A DNA stretch of 40,591 nt. Source: Chiloscyllium plagiosum (taxonomy: Eukaryota). Positions 35,870-40,591 of the stretch are shown piece after piece. The DNA lies in the NCBI RefSeq assembly GCF_004010195.1, contig NC_057760.1, positions 3,666,981-3,707,571 of the forward strand, read 5' to 3'. Below the pieces are notes generated by a model that saw nothing but the letters and a program-made list of their open reading frames with translations, was not told the origin of the DNA and searched no databases. The translations under genes were made by a program, and so were the position numbers. How positions within the stretch are numbered: position 1 is the stretch's first letter; every line of letters starts with the position of its first letter.

Positions 35870-36060
35870 TAACAGTGGAATGAACTTCCAGAGGAAGTGA
35901 TGGATGCGGGTACAGTTACAATGTTTAAAAAACATTTGGATAAGTATTTGAATACAAAATGTTTGAAGGGATGTGGATCAAGCACAGGCAGATAGGGTTA
36001 GTTTGGAATTATGGTTGGCATGGACTAGTTGGACTAAAGTGTTTATGTCTGTGCTGTATT
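35870..36060 (+). mobile_element. CR1 LINE 3' tail fragment
   Basis: tggaatgaacttccagaggaagt..tttaaaaaacatttggataagta..ctgtgctgta, matching other CR1 ends in the window. Confidence 0.7.
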
Positions 36061-36119
36061 TTAAAAATGGCTGGTGAAATGGCCCTGTTGGGTTAAGTAA
36101 CCAACAAATATTCTACTTT

Positions 36120-36134
36120 CCAGCAGGTGGCAGC
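36120..36134 (+). promoter_or_regulatory. Candidate CTCF binding motif
   Basis: CCAGCAGGTGGCAGC is an exact match to the core consensus CCASYAGRKGGCRS, in non-repeat sequence. Motif evidence only. Confidence 0.45.
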
Positions 36135-37306
36135 TGAATCAGTGCTAAATTGATAAGTTGATAACTTCTGCTTGATTAGGAGAAAGTGAGGACTGCAGAT
36201 GCTGGAGATCAGAGCTTAAAAATGTGTTGCTGGAAAAGCGCAGTAGGTCAGGCAGCATCAAAGGAATAGGAGAATCGACGTTTTGGGTGTAATCTAGATA
36301 GCTGTGGGAGTCAGTCGGTTTATAGTACTGACTGCCAGCTACACTGGCACCACCCTCCACCTTTTCCTCCGCTACATCGATGACTGTATCGGCGCTACCT
36401 CATGCTCTCACAAGGAGGCCTCCAAACCAAAGGAGTAGCCATGGGCACCCGCATGGGCCCCCGCTATGCCTGCCTCTTCGTAGGATATGTGGAACAGTCC
36501 ATCTTCCGCAGCTACACTGGCATCACCCCCCACCTTTTCCTCCGCTACAACGATGATTGTATTGGCGCTACCTCATGCTCTCACAAGGAGGTTGAACAGT
36601 TCATCCACTTTACTAACACCTTCCACCCCGACCTCAAATTTACCTGGACCGTCTCAGACTCCACCCTCCCCTTCCTAGGCCTCTCCATTTCTATCACAGG
36701 CGACCGACTCAACACAGACATTTACTACAAACCGACCGACTCCCACAGCTACCTAGACTACACCTCCTTCCACCCTGCCCCCTGTAAAAATGCCATCCCA
36801 TATTCCCAATTCCCCCGCCTCCGCCACATCTGCTCCCAGGAGGACCAATTCCACTACCGAACAACTCAAATGGCCTCCTTCTTCAAAGACCGCAATTTCC
36901 CCTCCGACATGGTCGACAACGCTCTCCACCGCATCTCCTCCACTTCCCGCACCTCTGCCCTTGAACCCCGCCCCTCCAATAGCTACCAGGACAGAACCCC
37001 ACTGGTCCTCATTTTCTACCCTACCAACCTCCGAATACATCGTATCATCCTCCGTCATTTCTGCCACCTCCAGACAGACCCCACCACCAGGGATATATCT
37101 CCCTCTCCACCCCTATCAGCATTCAGGAGAAACCACTCCCTCCGCGACTCCCTCGTCAGGTCCACAACCCCCACCAACCCCACCTCCACTCCCGGCACCT
37201 TCCCCTGCAACCGCAAGAATTGCAAAACTTGCGCCCACACCTCCCCCCTCACCTGCCTCCAAGGCCCCAATGGATCCTTCTATATCCGTCGCAAATTCAC
37301 CTGCAC

Positions 37307-37399
37307 NNNNNNNNNNNNNNNNNNNNNNNNNNNNNNNNNNNNNNNNNNNNNNNNNNNNNNNNNNNNNNNNNNNNNNNNNNNNNNNNNNNNNNNNNNNNN
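37307..37399. other. Assembly gap (93 N)
   Basis: N run inside the Penelope-like element. Confidence 0.98.
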
Positions 37400-37502
37400 C
37401 CTCACCTTAACCTCCTTCCACCTATCGTATTCCCAACGCCCCTCCCCCAAGTCCCTCCTCCCTATCTTTTATCTTAGCCTGCTTGGCACACCCTCCTCAT
37501 TC

Positions 37503-37530
37503 CTGAAGAAGGGCTTATGCCCGAAACGTC
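37503..37530 (+). ncRNA. Minimal type I hammerhead ribozyme motif
   Basis: ctgaaga-a-gggc-ttat-gccc-gaaa-cgtc: intact core, stem II, palindromic ACGT stem III, GUC site. Confidence 0.7.
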
Positions 37531-38199
37531 GATTCTCCTGTTCCTTTGATGCTGCCTGATCTGCTGCGCTTTTCCAGCAACACATTTTTAACTTCTGCTT
37601 GATGCCAAAGAAGGCTCAGCATCTTGATCAGCTTGCTCTGCCAATGTGAGTTTTCTTTCTTTATGTCCGTCCACAGTACTTCATTTTTTGGAGCAACCAA
37701 TCTGCTATTGCTCAAACTAATCATTTTCACTGCCAAGGTTTATCTGGAAAATTGCTTGGTTTACTAAATTGATTTCCATTTGGTAAATGTACATATTTCT
37801 GAGTTATGGTGGCAAATCATTTGCCCTATTTGTATGGATCATAGTCATTAGATCTGATTCACAGGTTACTTGTGTCATCAATTTTGTATTTCATAGTGAT
37901 GGACACAAGATTAAGCTCTACTGTCATGCCACCAATTTTGGGGGAACTATCAGAATCTGTTGTGGGGTAGACTAATGTAAGTACTTAAATAAATTTATGC
38001 TAATTATGCAAATGTAGATGCATATATTGACAAGATCGTGAGTAAGTTGCATAAACGAGTTAACTCCCAGAAAGCATTTAATAATGTTTCTTCCTAGATG
38101 TATGTGCCAAAAAAGTCATTCCTTTATTCAAAATATGAACCTGGCTGATCATCCAATTCAGTAACCTGTTCCCGCTTTCTCATACCCTTTGATCCCTTG

Positions 38200-38760
38200 A
38201 TGTTGACGTTGTACAGGAGATTGGTGGGATCTCTTCTGGAGTACTGTGTCCAGTTCTGGTCCCCTTGTTATTGAAGGATATTGTTATTAAGCTGGAGAGG
38301 GTTCAGAAGAGATTTACCAGGATGATGCTGGGAATATAGAGCTTGAGTTTTAGAGAGAGGCTGAATAGGCTGGGACTTTTTTTCACTGGAGAGTAGGAGG
38401 TTGATAAAAAAGGCTTATAAAGGTTTATAAAAATCAAGAAAGTTATTGATATAATGAATGGCAGGTGTCTGAATTTCAAGACAAGGGGGCATATTTTTAA
38501 GGTGAGATTTAAGAAACATATGGGAGCAATGTTTTTTATATGGAGAGTGGTTCCAGTATGAAATGAATTTCCTGAGGATGAGGGCACAGTTACAACGTTT
38601 AGTCAACATTTAGATAAGTACATGAATCAGAAATGTTTGGAAGGAAATAGGGCAAGCGCAGGCAGGTGGGACTAGTTCAGTTTGGGATTTAGTTTAGTTT
38701 AGGTCGGTATGGACTGGTTCAACCGAAGGGTCAGTTTCCGTGCTGTATGACTCGACTCTA
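38200..38760 (+). mobile_element. CR1 LINE 3' end
   Basis: ctggagtactgtgtccagttctgg..gttcagaagagatttaccaggatg..tgctgtatgactc tail. Confidence 0.8.
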
Positions 38761-39289
38761 AGCTTTCATGTGAGAAATTATTAGCAAAAGTGGAATTGAG
38801 AATACCTGTTGACTGGTTGAAAACTGGTAAGGAGGTTAAAAAAATGGCTTAAACAGACATTGATGGACTGCAGTTCCTCCAGGATCTCTTTTGAGGCATC
38901 TGCTTTGCACCATATTTATCACTTGATTTGCGAAACAACATTCAGGTTTGCAGGTGCTGTTAAGTTAGGAGGCATGGCTGTCTGGGCTTGTATTCCCTCG
39001 GATACCAAAGATATCTGATGTAGGTACTTAAAATTTTAAACAATTTGGAAGAGTTGATCTGGTGTGGAAGAATTAAGTATGAGGTGACATAATTCTAAAA
39101 TAAGAGCCAGATGTTTTGAAAGGTAAATATATCAGGAGGTACAGAGCAAAAGTTTCAGGTGCAGATGAGCCATCTTCTGATTATATGAATTGTTGAGGGG
39201 GATCTGAATGGCTGACTGTTGTTCCTATGCTGAATAATACACAGATAGGCCTAACCTTTCTGACTGACATTTTAGTATCATTGGTAATC

Positions 39290-39985
39290 ATAGAGGCATA
39301 GAGCTGTACTAAGACCCTTCAGTCCAACTTGTACATGCCAATCAGCTATCCTAAATTAATATAGTCCCATTTGCCAGCATTTGGCCCTTATCCATCTAAA
39401 CCCTTCATAATACCCTCCAGATGCCTTTTAGATGTTGCAATTGTACCAGTCTCCACCTCTTCCTCCGGCAGCGCATTCCATACAAGCACCACCCTCTGTG
39501 TGAAAAAGTTGTCCCTTAGGTCCCTTTTAAATCTTTCACCTTAAACCTATGCCTTCAGGTTTTGGACTAACCCCATCCCTGGGGAAAGACTTTGTCTATT
39601 TACCTTATTGATGCCCCTCATGATTTTATAAAATAGCTCCAGAGTCTAGATTAGAGTGGCAAAAGCCTCTGCCCAAAACGTCGATTTTAATGCTCCTCGA
39701 ATGCTGCCTGACCTGCTGTGCTTTTCCAGCACCACTCTAATCTAGACTTTGATCTCCAGCATCTGCAGTCCTCACTTTTGCCTGGAAAATAGCCCCAGCC
39801 CATTCAGTCTCTCCCTATAGCTCAAACCCTCCAATGCTTGCAACATCCTTGTAAATCATTTCTGAATCCTTTCAAGTTTTAGAACATCCTTCCTATAGCA
39901 GGGAGACCAGAATTGAATGCAGTATTCCAAAAATGACCGAATCAACATTCTCTACAACAATAACATGACCTTCAAACTCCTGTAT
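39290..39985 (-). mobile_element. CR1 LINE 3' end, interrupted
   Basis: Reverse complement of the 33455-34130 type sequence; insertion at 39643-39785. Confidence 0.8.
39643..39785 (+). mobile_element. Very short Penelope-like pLTR insertion
   Basis: Duplication aaaatagc(t/c)ccag (39630-39642 and 39786-39798); inverted ends agtctagattagagtgg / ccactctaatctagact plus the same tail. Confidence 0.75.
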
Positions 39986-40104
39986 GAAAACCAAAAGAAC
40001 TATGAATGTTGTAAATCAGAAAAAAAACAAAAATTGAAATTGCTAGACAAGCTCAGCAGATCTGGCAGCACCAGTGAAAAGAAATCAGAGTTAATAGAAA
40101 AATA

Positions 40105-40591
40105 AAACATAGAAAAATACAGCGAAGTACAGGCCCTTCGGCCCTCAATGTTGCGCCGATCCAAGCCCACCTAACCTACACTAGCCCACTATCCTCCATA
40201 TGCCTATTCAATGCCCATTTAAATGCCCATAAAGAGGGAGAGTCCACCACTGCTACTGGCAGGGCATTCCATGAACTCACGACTCTTAGTAAAGAATCTA
40301 CCCCTAACATCTGTCCTATACCTACCACCCCTTAATTTAAAGCTATGCCCCCTCATAATAGATGACTCCATACGTGGAAAAGGTTCTCATGGTCAACCCT
40401 ATCTAAACCCCTAATCATCTTGTACACCTCTATCAAGTCACCCCTAAAACTTCTTTTCTCCAATGAAAACAGCCCCAAGTGCCTCAGCCTTTCCTCATAC
40501 AATCTTCCTACCATACCAGGCAACATCCTGGTAAACCACCTCTGCACCCGTTCCAGTGCCTCCACATCCTTCCAATAGTATGGCGACCAAA
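40105..40591 (-). mobile_element. CR1 LINE 3' end (runs off the window)
   Basis: EALERVQRWFTRMLPGM..RGDLIEVYKMIRGLDRV (ORF 40353-40565). Confidence 0.85.

Larger units (their letters stand above)
36177..37588 (+). mobile_element. Penelope-like element (Neptune-type), 5'-rearranged, with inverted pLTRs
   Basis: 15-bp duplication taacttctgcttgat (36162-36176 and 37589-37603). ORF 36402-37306: QTKGVAMGTRMGPRYACLF..FLRYNDD..LKFT..YYKPTDSHSYL..CNRKNCKTC. The endonuclease falls in the gap. Confidence 0.9.

Noticed and set aside
36124..37650. Plus-strand exon (tttccag..gtgagt) split by the Penelope element
   Set aside because: The rejoined sequence has stops in all three frames, and there is no other support.

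Overview
Eukaryotic, repeat-dense vertebrate genomic DNA, most likely a cartilaginous fish (inferred from the mix of CR1-type LINEs, Penelope-like elements and tRNA-SINEs). The only recognisable host coding sequence is one minus-strand exon (17858-18317) encoding the SAP domain and start of the PINIT domain of a PIAS SUMO E3 ligase, most like PIAS3 exon 2. About 500 bp upstream of it in the direction of transcription is a near-perfect, CpG- and G-rich 57-bp tandem array of about 96 copies (5.5 kb). Beyond that lies a two-LTR, defective class I endogenous retrovirus (24652-32345, minus strand, same sense as PIAS). The provirus has a perfect tRNA-Pro PBS, a PPT, gag-TAG-pro readthrough, deleted pol and env, and an extra diverged gag copy, and it is inserted into a CR1 LINE. 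The left 8 kb holds a decayed Gmr1-type gypsy LTR retrotransposon (integrase before RT). Several Penelope-like insertions share an asymmetric inverted-repeat architecture and carry minimal hammerhead ribozyme cores. Two assembly gaps (500 N and 93 N) limit interpretation. Family assignments come from recalled motifs; no database search was run, and decayed-repeat boundaries are approximate.
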